The notes under the pieces: generated by a model
What the model was told of the DNA's origin: nothing
Database searches by the model: none
What the model saw: the letters and a program-made list of their open reading frames with translations, nothing else
Part shown: one piece after another, positions 49,204 to 62,828 of the stretch
Position numbering within the stretch: the stretch's first letter is position 1
How the letters are laid out: each line of letters begins with the position of its first letter
Program-made: the position numbers and the translations under genes
Assembly (NCBI GenBank): GCA_028023455.1
Contig: JAQFVV010000006.1
Coordinates: 15,934,001-15,998,000 of the forward strand
Origin: Epiperipatus broadwayi
Lineage: Eukaryota > Animalia > Onychophora
Reading direction: 5' to 3'
DNA length: 64,000 nt

Positions 49204-50804
49204 CACAAATTAGTTGAGTGAGTGCAGTTCACAAAGTAATTGAGTAGTGCAGTTCACAAATTAATTGAATCAGTTGAGTTAATTATATCCAGAAACAAAA
49301 TGCAGTGCTGAGAAGATTTTGGGAATTCACGCCTCTCCACAGCCTAAAAAGTCCGATGAAAACAGCAAGATCTGCCCGTGAAATAATGTCAACGTAACAA
49401 CTTAGAAAATCTCCGTCAGTATCTAATTGTCTCCAATAGTAATAATCATGAATAATAAGGAAACTCATCAAGGAAACATCCCAGCCAGCTGGAAGCATTC
49501 ATAATGGAAACATTCATAATGGAAATATTCTCTCCGAAAGCAGCCACCAAAGAGAACCAAAATTCTACCTCTATATTCAAAAGCCTAGGTAAAACATTTG
49601 CTTATTTTCGTTTATACTGTAATAGCCATTGCATTGCATTAATTCGTACGAATCTTTCAAGAGTCTAATTATATGAACTCTATATCATACATAAATGAAC
49701 TATTGATGTGTGTGATTAAATTTCAAATGCTATGTAGTCCTTTATTATCATTATTATGTGTGTGCATGAGTTAATATGTGCATGATCATTCTACCAATAT
49801 TTATTAGTTAAATTAGAGTGTTCTGTTATTAAATCTATAGGAATATTTAAACTATTTAGAAATGTTAATTTAAAATATGCGTGTGTTTTATTAGAATTAT
49901 AAAATGTTTAAATTTAGTAAATAAATGTTAGTTAATAAATTATCTTTAAAATTAAACTTTATTTGTCGGTCAATTCTTTTTTATCAATTCCTTTTATCAA
50001 ATTCTTTTATCAACTCCTTTTACAATTCTTTTATCAAGTCTTTTAACCACTAATTATATATAATCTGTTAGTGATTACAAACAACTGAGCTAGTCGTGGA
50101 TTTAGGCGTTGAGTTAGTGGCAACTGTTCAAAGTGCGTTGTCTATTCTTTTAGAATAAACAGCTGGCACCCGTGTTTATACACAAACAAAAAAAAGTGCT
50201 TTGAACTTGGTGTTGAACACAACAGCTGAGAAGAAGCTATGTCCTGGAAATGTGACACTAGTTATATACTTTATAGCTATCATTTGGGCATACATACTCT
50301 CCGAGTATGTTCTTCTCTGCCTAAGAGACCGGTGTTTCGAATGCACATATTCGAACTCGGTTCAATATATATATGTATATATTGTATAGTTTGAAATAGG
50401 ATTAAATATAATAATCTGTAAATTCAAATAAAATTTATTGAGTTCAAATAAAGTGTTTAAGCTCAGATTAAATATATTCAAATATAACCCATACTCTGAT
50501 GATTAAAATAAATTTAGCATTGAGGATTATTTTAACTATAATGATTCCAAAAGTATATATAATTTCTTTTTCTAAATTCATTTTAAAATTAATCTTTAGT
50601 GCCAAACATTCTAAATAGAAAGTTTTCTTCTGGATATCTCACTATTGCTGATTATCATCATTTTAATATAAATTGTTATCTCTGCATGCCCCCTCCCCCA
50701 GGGTACTGCATAGTTTTTCAGGGCTAGTTATATATTAATGGCATATGTTTGGAATGAGTTTAAAAAGCAAAAAAACAATCTACTTGGTTAATAAAAAAGA
50801 GCAT

Positions 50805-50910
50805 CAAGCATTGGTGGTTGAGAGGTCAGCGACAGCTGCTTTACAAGCAGTTGTCCCAGGTTAGCGGGTTCACTTCCCAGCTGATGCTATGACACATGAG
50901 AAAAAAAAGA
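50805..50910 (+). mobile_element. tRNA-Gly(UCC)-derived SINE copy (T-arm duplication subfamily)
   Basis: gcattggtggttgagaggtcagcgacagctgctttacaagcagttgtcccaggttagcgggttcacttcccagctgatgctatgacacatgag plus an A tail. Confidence 0.8.
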
Positions 50911-52845
50911 ACATAATTTATTTAGAGTAAATAAATAAAATACAAATTCATTGCCTATATATTCATAACTACCACAATCTAAAAAAGGTTAATCCAAAAT
51001 ATCAAATTGAATAGATGTAAACATTATATTTTAGACCATATAGTTAAATATAAAGAAAGGTCATAACAGATAATAACAATATTTTAAAATTTGGTTTTTG
51101 TAAAAACTGCAAGCTTGCCATCTATATATATTGAAACTGTAAGATTTGTATTCAAATCTTAGTTTCACCTTAGTTCTGTCATCATTCTACCTCTCACCCA
51201 TTATTATAAGTTTACATGGATTCTGACCTTGAATATTGGATTTGGTGCGTAATAATATGCAATATATGTACAATTATTTAAAACGTCATATATGCGCACA
51301 CACTCCGATAGTCTTTATATTAAAAATAATGCACTGCAGAATATTATTAAATTGCCGTGCGTGATTTTGTGTAAAATTAAATAATCATATTAATCTTACT
51401 GTGATCATTTACGTAATATTTTAATTTATAAAATAAACTAATAATTATATTTTAAACGTAAACATATTTGTTATTATTTAGGTCAAATTCAGGTAATACT
51501 TAAATTATAAATCTAAAAAGTTCTTTTAAATTGTAAACGTAAAGATATTTTAAAAATAGAAATTCCCCTGCTAATTACAGTGCAAATTATAGCGGGAGGG
51601 GGAAAAGATGACTGCGCTAAAAAAGTATTTTAAACTTACAATTATATAAAAAAGGGTTTGTCAAAAGCTTTTCTAAATTACATCATGTAAAAAGGTAAAT
51701 TTTAAAAAGGGGTCAGGTTGAAAATTTCAACCTGTACCACTAATGCATCCATGACCTAAAGGGATATATAGCGCAGACCAGAAAGACAGCTTGGATGGAT
51801 GATGCAGTTGTTTGATGGATCCGAGAGATAAAGAAACAGAGAATAAAAGCAACAATTGGTTATTAAAAAAGTGATTGTTCAGAGCTATTAAATTAAAAAT
51901 TATGCTGTTGCTTGTTTCTTCTCCTGATCCAAATTTAAATCTAGCAGTGTGCAAGGAGTAGGGGCGACTGCTGCACTTCTCCGGGCTGATGGCTATACAA
52001 TATGGAGCTTCCCATAAAATGAGATAAACCTAAACTGATGCTGCTGCCTATATATAAATATTTTCCTAAATGTGACTGCTGTTAAACCAGGAACCTCAGA
52101 CTCCCCAAACAAGTGTGCACACTTCGATGAATCAAAGGTAACATGATACCCAAGATAGACTGTGTTTGAACTCTAAAGTTAATTCTATATTTTCTAATGT
52201 AATTTAAATTTCATCTTTCAAATTCCATTATCGTGTAACTCTAACTAAACCTTAATGTAGATCTGTAACTATCTGTAAATAATGTTATATTGTAATGAAC
52301 CTCGTAAAACAATTTATCTCCTATTATTCTACTTGGGTATCTAAATTTTGTTGTTATTAGTTAAATATTATATTTCATGCTCACATGATTTTTGAGCTGA
52401 TGTTTTCTTCCCATATTTTTGCGCGACTTTAAATTTAAATCAAAACCCGTATCTTTCAAATAAACACTCAGCTCGTAAATTATAAAATTAAATTCAATTA
52501 GATTCAATTAGTATTATGAAGATGAGATTTTATAATTATTAATATAGTATATTAGCCACTTGGCGATCATTCATTTTAAAGTTAGTTTGTTAAGCCTTAA
52601 AATAAAACAGTATTGTTTTATGAAAGAAGAGGGGGGATTAGTAAATAGTAAATCGATTGCTTAGTCACATGGGGATTGGAGGTGGATTTTATATTTATAT
52701 TATCAAAGCATAGAGTAGATAAATGTGTTTGCATTATATGTGTGAACTGCGCTGGTTTATCAATGCCTTAAATTTAAACTGCAGAAATGAAATAGAGGTA
52801 TTGTAAATGCTTAGTTCTCCTAATCAAAGGGCATACCAAATGATT

Positions 52846-53090
52846 CCAATAGCAACTAACCTTGTCACGTGGTCGGGAATGGAAAGGCTATGACCTCATA
52901 CTGATGCTGCACTCATGACCACTCCTCAGGACTCTGACCTGATGTTTGGCCATCCTTCTCACCACTCCAATAGTAACTACCGTGTCACATGGTCGGGGAT
53001 GGAAAGGCTATGACCTCATACCGATACCGCACTAGTGACCACTTGTCAGGGCTCCAACCCAATGTTTGGCCATCCCACTTGCCTCCAGCA
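52846..53090. repeat. 2 x 120 bp GC-rich tandem repeat
   Basis: ggtcggg(a/g)atggaaaggctatgacctcatac starts at 52871 and 52991. Confidence 0.9.
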
Positions 53091-53799
53091 TTTTTCAGCG
53101 GATATCCTTTTAGAAAGCTGACTCTCTTATAGCCCGGCAGCATCCAAACTATCGCAGGTCACTTTAATAATGATTATGAATGTCTATAATCTAATTCCAC
53201 TCCTCCACATCTGCTAATCTATTGATAATTTATTAGAGTATATTAATATTATGAAAGTAAGGAATGATAGCCAGGTTGACAAATGCACTCATCATTACGA
53301 TCTTGTAGTGTAATCTCGTAACATTCACAACTTAAACGTGAGGCATGGGATATGATTAAATATGATACCCTGGTATTGTAATATATTTACATGTATATTA
53401 ATTAATCATCATTAAATATTTATATATATCTATTTCTATGTTTGCGTGTCTGCTTAATTTAATAATAAAATTAATGTCTCATTTCATTATCAACTAGTAT
53501 TAAGTATATAGCAGTAGTCCATAATATTAAATAATTAATTAGAGTCTCTTGTTTACCTGACCACTGGGCCTAGAAAGATATTGCTATTGTTATGGTAGAC
53601 ATGTTGTCATGCGGATTTTGTTGTGAATGAAATGACTATATTCGAATACGGTATCACAGGCCCTGAACTCACCTGTTATACTGCTCTTCGAACATGTTGG
53701 TGGAATTTTTCAACATGTTAACAAGGCATACGAGTTCTTACTGTTAGAATATATATATATGGACACACATCTTTAATGATAATAGTCTTCATTAATCCA

Positions 53800-54030
53800 A
53801 TCCTCTTCAATTATTCCCTTTGGGTATCAGAGATGGGAGACAGCAAAGACGAGGCCCATTAGAACTAGATGTACATCAGATCTTTCAGAAGAATATTCTC
53901 CTTTCCTTAAGGCATATTTTTCTTCTTTAAAGCAGGCAATGTTGCATTCTATGTAACTTTAACATTCATATCTGGATACAAAACTGCATAATCCCAGGTA
54001 TTTGACTGGTCTGTTTTCAGTTTTCTAGTC
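53800..54030 (-). pseudogene. Decayed L1/Tx1-like RT C-terminal fragment
   Basis: The minus strand gives PVKYLG followed by KGRILLK-like and PKGIIE-like segments with stops and frameshifts. Confidence 0.35.
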
Positions 54031-54894
54031 ATTCATGGTAAATAATCCTTTACTAACTAATGTCATTATAATTTCTGAAGTGGAGAGAATATGAAAATAC
54101 TTTAAAACAGTTAGTAAGGTACAGATATCCTAAGCTATTCTGCAGTAATCTATTTTAACCAGGGTTTTTCCTTTTTTCTACTTTTCTACCAGCATTTTCT
54201 CATCTCTTGATAGAATCAATCTCCACTGTTTTTATCTAGAGTCAAGAAGACTAATGATATTTTCCTTTTTAAACTTATTTATATTTCATGTTCTTATAAC
54301 ATGTTTTAAACACTTAGCATGTAATTAAGTCTGTATTAATTTATATCAGGGTGTTTTTTTAAAAAAATCATCTTTATCCGGACATAATTATCAGATTTAA
54401 TGTATTTCTTACACAATATATTTTTCATAAATATTGTTATATTATGATTATTTAAATGGGGGGGGGGGAGGAATCTTTATTTAGAATAATGATTGAAAAA
54501 AAATTATAATTAAATTTTGAAATTCATTCTCTAACTTTATCAAATTTACTGCTTTATAAATTTTAATAACATATTCAAATTTGTCATTCAATTTACTATA
54601 AGAAAAGGCAAATTATTTGTTCAAGTCTCTATCCATCATGAAAATTTGAAAGAGTTATAAAATATGGTACATATTCTTGAACTATGCAATTTAAATTTAT
54701 TTACATGCATTAAAACATCTTATTTCTCTTTCTTTACTTTCATTAAATGAGTGACCTGTATGGGTTGGCATAGTAGGTGGAGTGTCTCACTTGGGATTGG
54801 GGGGTACCAGGGTCAATTCTGATGCTCACAGGTTTAGGGTTTGAACTTCTTATGAACTTTATCTTTTTATTGCATTGCCAAATCCATATAATAT

Positions 54895-55105
54895 TAATAT
54901 CATCTATCTTCTTTATTTCTTTTTACAATGCTTTTTACAACTCACTATTAACAGTTTCGATTGCCCAGCAATCTTCTTCAGAACTTCTACCAGATTTGGA
55001 AATATGAGTAAAAGTTCTGAAGAAAATTGCTGAGACAATCAAAACTTTCAATAGTGAGCTGTAAAAAAGCATTGTAAAAAGTAATAAAGAACATAAGATG
55101 ATATT
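54895..55105. mobile_element. Family C-related inverted-repeat element with HHR-like cores
   Basis: Arms 54895-54986 and 55010-55105. Left arm (minus): CUGAAGA (54975-54981)-A-GAUUG-CUGGG-CAAUC-GAAACUGUU. The right arm is decayed. Confidence 0.72.
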
Positions 55106-55544
55106 ATATTCTTATGAACTCCTAATCAATAAAGTCATTTGCCTTTTTTTATTGCCCAAGTCATCATTTTACCATTTATAATTTTATAAAATACATTTCT
55201 TTTACCAACTATTTAATAATATGATTAATTCTATAGACTAATTTTCTTTTATTATATATTTAATAATTGTATTAACTCTGTAGGCTAATTTTCCTTTAAT
55301 TTCTTATATCTGTATAATGTAAGATACATGTATATTATACCTAATATGCATGCTTACTCAGACAGTAATCTATAAATTTACTAATCAGTCGATTAGAGTT
55401 TTTTATTTTACTTTCTAGACTATGCAATACAACCAATTCACTCTGCAATCAAATTGTTCTGTTTCAACATATATAAGTTAAATGCTGTCTAGTACTATAC
55501 TACTAATTATTATTTTAAAAAATAGAAAATCTCATAATTTAAAA

Positions 55545-56175
55545 TAAACATCACATGATCACTATTTTTTATGCCTGCTCATAACTGCCATTAAAACAGG
55601 CAAAACTCTCCATACAGTATTGCCACTCAGCACAAGCCAGAGCAATCAATGGATTCCAGAAGGCTTGTGCACAAAATCCCCATCTATTTCCCACTCATCC
55701 AACATCCCCAGACTACTTTCCAGCTTGTGGCCTTCATCAGTGAGGAGAATTGGATCTGAGAGCACTGCACCTAGATATTAGGATCTAATCCAACCCTCCA
55801 GCACATGTGTCTTAAATTAAAAACATAATATTTTTAATCCAAACCCATTAGCTGAACTCAGTTCAGTACCCATACATTTTGGTGTCTTTGGTTCTTTAAT
55901 AACCATAGCTACCACTATCCTATTAGGCAGGATTGGTTCACAAATTTCTTATGCCTGTTGTTATTAAAACAGGCAAAACTCTCCATGCAGTAGTGCCACT
56001 CTGTGCAAGCCAGAGCAATCAATGGATTCCAGAAAGCTTATGCATAAAATCCCCATCTAGTGCTCACTCATCCAACATCCCCAGACTAGTTTCCGGCTTG
56101 TGGTCTTCATTAGTGAGGAGCCTTGAATATGAGAGCACTGCACCTAGATCTTAGGATCTTAGGTAACCCTCCAAA
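55545..56175 (-). mobile_element. Head-to-tail dimer of HHR family A
   Basis: aaaacaggcaaaactctcc occurs near 55593 and 55968. HHR motifs at 55705-55746 and 56078-56119, with predicted cleavage sites 373 nt apart. Confidence 0.88.
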
Positions 56176-56330
56176 TACTAACTAAAAAAAAAAAACAAAT
56201 TTATGCTAATTTTCTTTCATGATTAAATAAACCTTTTAAGGTGAAATTCAATTTAATACAAACAGACATATACAAAACAGAAATAGCCTTCCCATAATTA
56301 ATTTCAAACACCACCCAATCTGACAAAAGT

Positions 56331-56558
56331 TCATTGATCTCCTTACACACTTCATTATATTGGTTTTTTATACTTGCAAAGACCAAATATGGTTTTATAG
56401 GATATAAGTCCAATTTATTAAATTCTATTACAGAATATTTTCATTCATTGGTCTCCTTACACACTTCATTATATTGGTTTTTTATACTTGCAAAGACCAA
56501 ATATGGTTTTATAGGATATAAGTCCAATTTATTAAATTCTATTACAGAATATTTTCAT
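56331..56558. repeat. 2 x 114 bp near-perfect tandem duplication
   Basis: Units start at 56331 and 56445; I saw one mismatch. Confidence 0.95.
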
Positions 56559-56603
56559 CAGTTGAAAGGGAAGATATTTTCTTCCAATAAGAGATAGTTT
56601 TAC

Positions 56604-56604
56604 C

Positions 56605-56698
<94 letters not shown>
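56604..56698. repeat. (TA)n microsatellite
   Basis: Directly visible. Confidence 0.97.
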
Positions 56699-56700
<2 letters not shown>

Positions 56701-57409
56701 CACATATGCACACTATTGATTGATAAACACTGCTTTATTGTAATATGATCATACTGCCAATCCTATTTACTGCTTAAATAACTATCTTTTTTAAATTCGG
56801 GTCAACTTAGTCTATATTAAATAGTTTGATGGGCAGGAAATCATTTCATTTCTAGTATATGTGTACACAATAAGTTGACTAGTACATATTTATATAACTA
56901 CAGTGTTTAAATTTACATCTATCCAATCTATGGGTGATAAATTATAGCTCATTTCATATCAATATTTATGTGTGTGCATAATAAATTGGTTAATGCAATA
57001 TTTTAGAAAACTGCCTTGTTTAAACTTAAGTCTATCTAATCTATATTAAATAATGTGATAAGTGTAAGATCATTTCATTGTAATACATAGGTATGTGAAC
57101 ATAAGGTAATAAATTGGCTAATATACCTAATAATATTTATAACCAATCAAATCTGTAAGATTTGGAATGTGCTCATTCAGGAAGTTTGTTGTTAAAACTT
57201 GTAAAATCTCTCAGATCAATCACTTTTCTTATACCTGTATTTCACTAGGTATCCTCACTTGTCAGGTGAATCAGAGATTAAAAACACCTGAGCATCCATT
57301 TAGAAATAGAAGTTTGATTTTTCTATTTATGTCTTAACTATGATGTGATTTATTTATTTTGGAGCTTTAAAGTTTTAAGGATAATGCAATAAGTGGAATA
57401 ATGATCAAG

Positions 57410-57900
57410 ATAAAGGTGAATGGAGATTGGTTGGAACAAGTTTCAGAGTTTGTCTATTTGGGTTTTAGAATAAATCAAAATGGTGTGTGTCATGCAGAGA
57501 TTAATGCATGATTATTGTTGGTATCAAAATTATTTACATGATTAATATCCATATGGAAAAAATAAGGCATAATTATGTGATCAAAATGTAGATTGTTGAA
57601 AACTTTGATATGGTTCGTTGCAATATATGGATGGAAAACATGGACATTGAAGAATCAGGAAGAACAAAAATTGATGCTTTTGAAATGAAGCATTATAGAA
57701 CCCTGCTTGACATACATTAAACAGCTAAGAAAACTGATGAATAGGTTTTGGAGAAGATAATTACAAAAAGACATCTGTTGGAGATGATGAATGATGAAAA
57801 TTACAATATTTTGAAATGTGGTAAGACAAAGGATTTGGATTACAGATATAATTTATATGGAGATAAAAGGGAAAGTATTGAATATTATTTTTGGAGTATA
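57410..57900 (+). mobile_element. Decayed RTE/BovB-like LINE fragment
   Basis: LEQVSEFVYLG...AEIN and AIYGWKTWTLKNQEEQKIDAFEMKHYR, with stops. Confidence 0.75.
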
Positions 57901-59063
57901 AAAGATGGAGAGGAGATTAAAATAAATTGGTTAAAAAGTCAAACATAACAGAGTGATATATAAAGAGATTTTATGATTTTTAAATCTTTAAACCAAATTG
58001 GGTAATATGAGGATGGGATAGCCGAACTAACAAACAGCTTTTATAAAAATGGAATGGAGGGAGGGGTCAGTTAGAGCTGGAAAATAATTTGGTTAAAAAG
58101 AAGTAAGAATGAGTTTTTTGTGGCATATAATAGGGAGGGAATATTTGACGCTGCTAATAGAGTTTTTGTGCGTATGACACATGTACAGAAAGTTCAGGTT
58201 GTGTTTAGGAATAAGTTATTTTATATCATACCACATTATTGCTTTTTGAAGTACGCGAAGACGTATCATATATACCATGCACATTACGGTCTTGTATATA
58301 CATAATACATTGCGAAAATATGGATAATACATATATACACATAATCATTAGCATATAGACGTAAGCTTATTCATGTATAAAGTGTTGCCCTCAAAAGAGT
58401 TTATATTTTTATTTTAAATGATTAAAATGGATTATAATTAGACTTTTGATATTTATTAAAAATGATGATATGATTTTTGAAAAAATGATTAATGCGTTTT
58501 AATCATCTAATTTATATTGAAGATTAAAACGTCTTCATTTTTGTTAACAAATTGCTTCAATAATTTGAATAGAAAAACTCTTGAATTTATTAAAAAAATA
58601 AACTTTAAAGATAATAAAATAGGTAATTATGCTTTATAATGTTTTTTATGTAAGCATAAGTTGGGATTTATTAAATAAGCGAGTTAGAGGTTGAAAAAGG
58701 GCCTATAGATGGCTTGAGTCTGGGGTGGATGAAATTTGCAATTTTTTTTTCAGCACGCAAGCATGATTTTATTTAACAAGAAGCCAGTCTATTCTAATTC
58801 AACCAGCTATCTAATACCGGCTAGAAAATGGGTATTTAGCATTTACTATCTAGAGAGTAAAGATTTTAGTTTCATTTGTGTAATCAGATAAGTTTGAAAC
58901 ATGGTTTATCTTTAAATATTAAAAAAATATATTTGAAAGTTCAAATTTAAGTAACATTGTTGTAAAAAATATCTTTTGAATTTACATACTGAAAATATAT
59001 TTGGAATAGAAATATTAAGAACCCCTTTAAGCTTAGTTTGGGTTAAATAATTAAACTAAAAGT

Positions 59064-59453
59064 AGTTCTCCACTTTAGCGCCACCTATTGTAAATTTGAG
59101 TAATCAATGATTACTAGAACCTTATTATATTTAAATGCTCATCATCAGATGATTATCTTTTTGCTTTAATCAATAAATCTTTGGAAATACGAATTGATAG
59201 TAATGGAGTCAAGCACTTTGCAAACACCATTAATTTCATTTCATTATTGGCTGATTTGAATTTTCGATTTTTGTCATTAAAAGTATTTGCTGGAGGCTTA
59301 ACTTCATGGTTCCCAACTTTTTATCTCAAAGCTCCATTGATAAAGGCAAAAATTAGAAATTTGTCTGAAAATGAGAATTTAATTGCAATAAAATATCTGG
59401 TAATCATTGATTTCTCAAAATAACAGCAGGTGGCGCTAGAGTGGGGAGATTCT
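59064..59453. mobile_element. Family D element with inverted arms of about 55 bp carrying CTCF-like motifs and a decayed HHR
   Basis: 59064-59117 is inverted against 59397-59453. cagcaggtggcgct at 59424-59437. ttgataa-aggc-aaaa-atta-gaaatttgtc at 59337-59365. Confidence 0.6.
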
Positions 59454-59454
59454 C

Positions 59455-60384
59455 TTGGTTTTCATATAATAAATATGATGTAGCTAGAATTGTATGGAAG
59501 GGAGTGGCAGTAGCAGGGTTAACATACGGCAATGATGCATTATGTGTTAGTAAAGGGGTTTTAGATTGCTTAGAAAAAGTACAAAGGGAAGTAGAAAGAC
59601 ATGCATTAGATGCTGAGGTGTGGATAGCAAAGGAGGCAATTCAAGGAGAAATGGGATGGTCAAGTTTTTATATGAGGGATGCAAAAAGCAAATTGAAAAT
59701 GTTTGGTAGATTGCAGTTTATGGATAATAAAAGAATAGCCAAAATAGCATTTAATTGGGTTACAAGTAAAAGGCAGGCAACAAGATGGGTGAGAAAGGTA
59801 ATGTGGTATGCAGAAGATTTGGATAAAGAATTTATGTCAGTATACTTGTACAAAAGATGGGATGATTGTGTTAGGAGGATTGTTGAGTGTTATAGTGGTA
59901 AGGAGTGGGATAGAAGAATAGATGCATTAATAATGAATAGGGAGTTAGAGAGATGGAGAACTAGTATGGAGCGTAAAACGAGTTTAAATATATATATAGA
60001 AGTTAACAGAACATTGGGTGTGAGTTAATTTATGATAATAGAAAGGAAAGTATTTTATTGTTTAAGGCTCAAATGGGATCTTTAGCAACAAGGGAATATA
60101 CACGTAAATGGAAAAATATGGGTGATTTAGTCTGCAAGTTGTGTAAGGAAGGCATAGAAAATATTAGGCATTTGTTACTTTGATGTAAATGCTTGGAAGC
60201 AGAAAGAATACAAATAATGAAGTTATGGAAGATTAAATATAAACAAAGTGATTATACAGCAAGTGAGTTATTAGTTTTTATGCTAGGTTTTGGAAAAGAT
60301 AAGGGGGATTTAGATATGAAGGTCATGGAATTGACAAAGATTATGTTGTGGAAATGGGATGGAGCAGATTATGGGAAAACTTAG
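59455..60384 (+). mobile_element. LINE 3' fragment (I/Nimb/Ingi-like) with C-terminal CCHC finger
   Basis: YNKYDVARIVWKGVAVAGLTYGNDALC...AIQGEMGWSSF...; after a frameshift, YDNRKESILLFKAQMGSL...CKLCKEGIENIRHLLL*C. Confidence 0.8.
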
Positions 60385-61779
60385 GGTGGACAATGGAAAA
60401 GGAAGGTAAAGTGGCTAACAGGTTTTTCTGAGCATAGCTGCTGAGAGATTCCTGACTCTGTTTAAGAAGTCACAGTGCACACACATCACATCACATGGTT
60501 TATCATATTATATGACTACAGAATTAAGGTGATTTACTATTAATGCAAATTAGATTAATAAATTTTAAAATTATTCAGTAAAATATTCATTTTAATACTG
60601 ATGTCTAAAGCATTAATAAACTTTTGAAAAAAAACATTATGATTTTATTTTTAATGTCAGAAATGAAAACTGATAAACTTACCACACTGACATGTTAGTA
60701 TTTGGAGTTGTTGTTTGGAAAATTTTTGACATCCTTTGGATGATATGTGGAATCCAAAACGTCGAGTGTTACTGATTTATAACTTCAGTTAATATTATAA
60801 AAGCCACCAGATGAAAACAAGAAAGTAGAATTCAAGATTTAATTGATTTATATAATGTTCAATAGATTTTTATAAAAAAGGAAACATTGGAAAATAATAA
60901 ATTAGAATAAAATAACTCAAAATATTTTGGACAAATTACTTATACAGATGAAACATAACAGATAGTCAATCATAGAATCAAATCTGAATGAAGTGCTTTT
61001 AGTAGAAATGGTGTAATATTAAAATGGCATGTACCTTCTTACTGGGATATAGGCTGCAGTGACGTATAAGACGCAACTTTCTTTTTTATGCACATTTTTT
61101 TTTTTTTTTAATTTCTATTCATGCATTTTCATAATGATTTACTGTATTAATTTTATAATTAATTATGTCTTCAAAAAATGTAATTAGGGAACACTGTAAT
61201 TATGTACCTTTTAATCTTCATCCTCAAAACCCAGAAATTCATATCCAGAGCTAAACATTTTGAAGATTGTTTCTCTTTTTAATTGTATGTTAATTTATCT
61301 TGTGGATAGATTTATATATGGGGAAAACTTTTTTTATATATATTTTAACCATTTAATTTTTTAATAACTTTTTAAAAATTATGAGAATATTAAGTTAGTT
61401 TGAATGTTTTGCTCTGATATCGATATAATTATGAGTATATATATATATTAGTAGGACTATGTTGTGTAGCTATATATAGCTTGCGTCGCAAAAGGACAAA
61501 ATGCAATAGAGTACTTATATATGCATATTAATATAAACCAGAAGTTTTAGACTGACTGAAATTTCAACTCATAATTTTGATTACCACCATATAAGGCACA
61601 CTCATATTTTAGGTGTATTTTGAGGGGGGGGGTGCATCCCATATGCCAGCAAATAGGGTATTTGAAAAGGCTTTTATTAAGTGTGTTTAATTAGTGTTTA
61701 TTATGAATGTGAAATTTAAATGCATAATACAAAATCAATGCAAAGACTTTAGACCATGTGTATAGAAAAGGATGAAAAG

Positions 61780-62100
61780 AACTGTATTGAAAATAACAAA
61801 GACTGTTCGAAAACAAGATATATGAATAAAAAAACAAACGGTTATTACTCCCATCACTGAAGGAATTAAGAGATGAAAATGTGGGTTGGGCTGACATTTC
61901 TAAAAGAGTGACAGTAGATAGACGCATCAAGTTTTAATTTGGATCCCAAGAGACTACAAAGACATAGAAAGAATGACACATGTAAGATAGATGGATAAAG
62001 AAAGTTTTCTGGAATTATATGAATTGGAGAAACTGCATTAAACTTGGAGAGATTTTAATTTGTAGTGGACAGATAATGATTGAAAATAATCATGATGATA
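61780..62100 (+). mobile_element. Highly decayed RTE-type LINE 3' end
   Basis: Remnant QVLIWIPRDYK...HVR matches the RTE C-terminus at 45170-45300, with a gataatgat...catgatga tail. Confidence 0.55.
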
Positions 62101-62828
62101 CAACTTAATGTGTGCATATATACATTTATATACTACTCACAATTGATGCTTGATTAATTTTTTCTAGAATCCTACTAATATTTTAAACCTAAATTGCTTT
62201 AATTTTTAAATACGTCTATTTATTCGTCAGCTTTTTTTAGTATATATATTAATTATTTATAATTTTATAACTCGTTTTAAATAAATTATAAAACTAATTT
62301 ACATTAAATAAAAATGTTAATTTTCAAATTAATTATACTTTTTTTTTTCATTTCAACACATTGTTAATCTTTATACATTTATGTTTGAAATTCACTTAGC
62401 TAAAAGGCTGTTCATTAGCTCAAGTTATTAATTATTTTTGAGCTGTAAATAATACATTTAAAATTATCTATCCGGTATTAATTATGTTTACAGGTTGTAA
62501 TATTTATATGTGGGATTATTATGTTTTTGCATAATACATATTGTTATATTTTGCAAGAAATTATTTTAATATTTCTTACTTGAAGTCCAGCATATATTTT
62601 AATTCAGATAAGCTTAGAGATCTTTCTGTATTTTTATATTGGACTATTTCCATTATCTAATATGTGTGTTGAATGTCTTTAAAGAAGTTTAATTTTACTT
62701 AAATATTCCAAATGTATTCAACTGTTAGTAATATCACAGCAAACAGGTTAGTATATGCACAACGTTTTGAGAGGTATTTTTCTCTCCTCTTTTTCAGGTG
62801 TTGCTGGCCTGACCAGTGACAGTACTAG

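Noticed and set aside
50066-50184. Possible solo LTR (TG...CA with AATAAA)
   Set aside because: It is very short, has no target-site duplication and has no second copy in the window.
52846-53090. HDV-like or hammerhead ribozyme call
   Set aside because: A 7-bp P1-like helix exists, but P3/L3, the GG of P1.1 and the C-RAA junction do not fit. The minus-strand CUGACGA has no GAAA after helix II. Kept only as an unresolved structured repeat.
55933-56154. Similar ORFs of about 70 aa in family A copies (also 25080-25286, and 23131-23331 in part)
   Set aside because: They use non-ATG starts, lie antisense to the HHR, are broken in the 17.6 kb copy and show no recognisable domain. A stop-free consensus frame explains the persistence.
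56334-56597. ORF with a 38-aa internal repeat
   Set aside because: It is a by-product of the 114-bp tandem duplication in AT-rich DNA.
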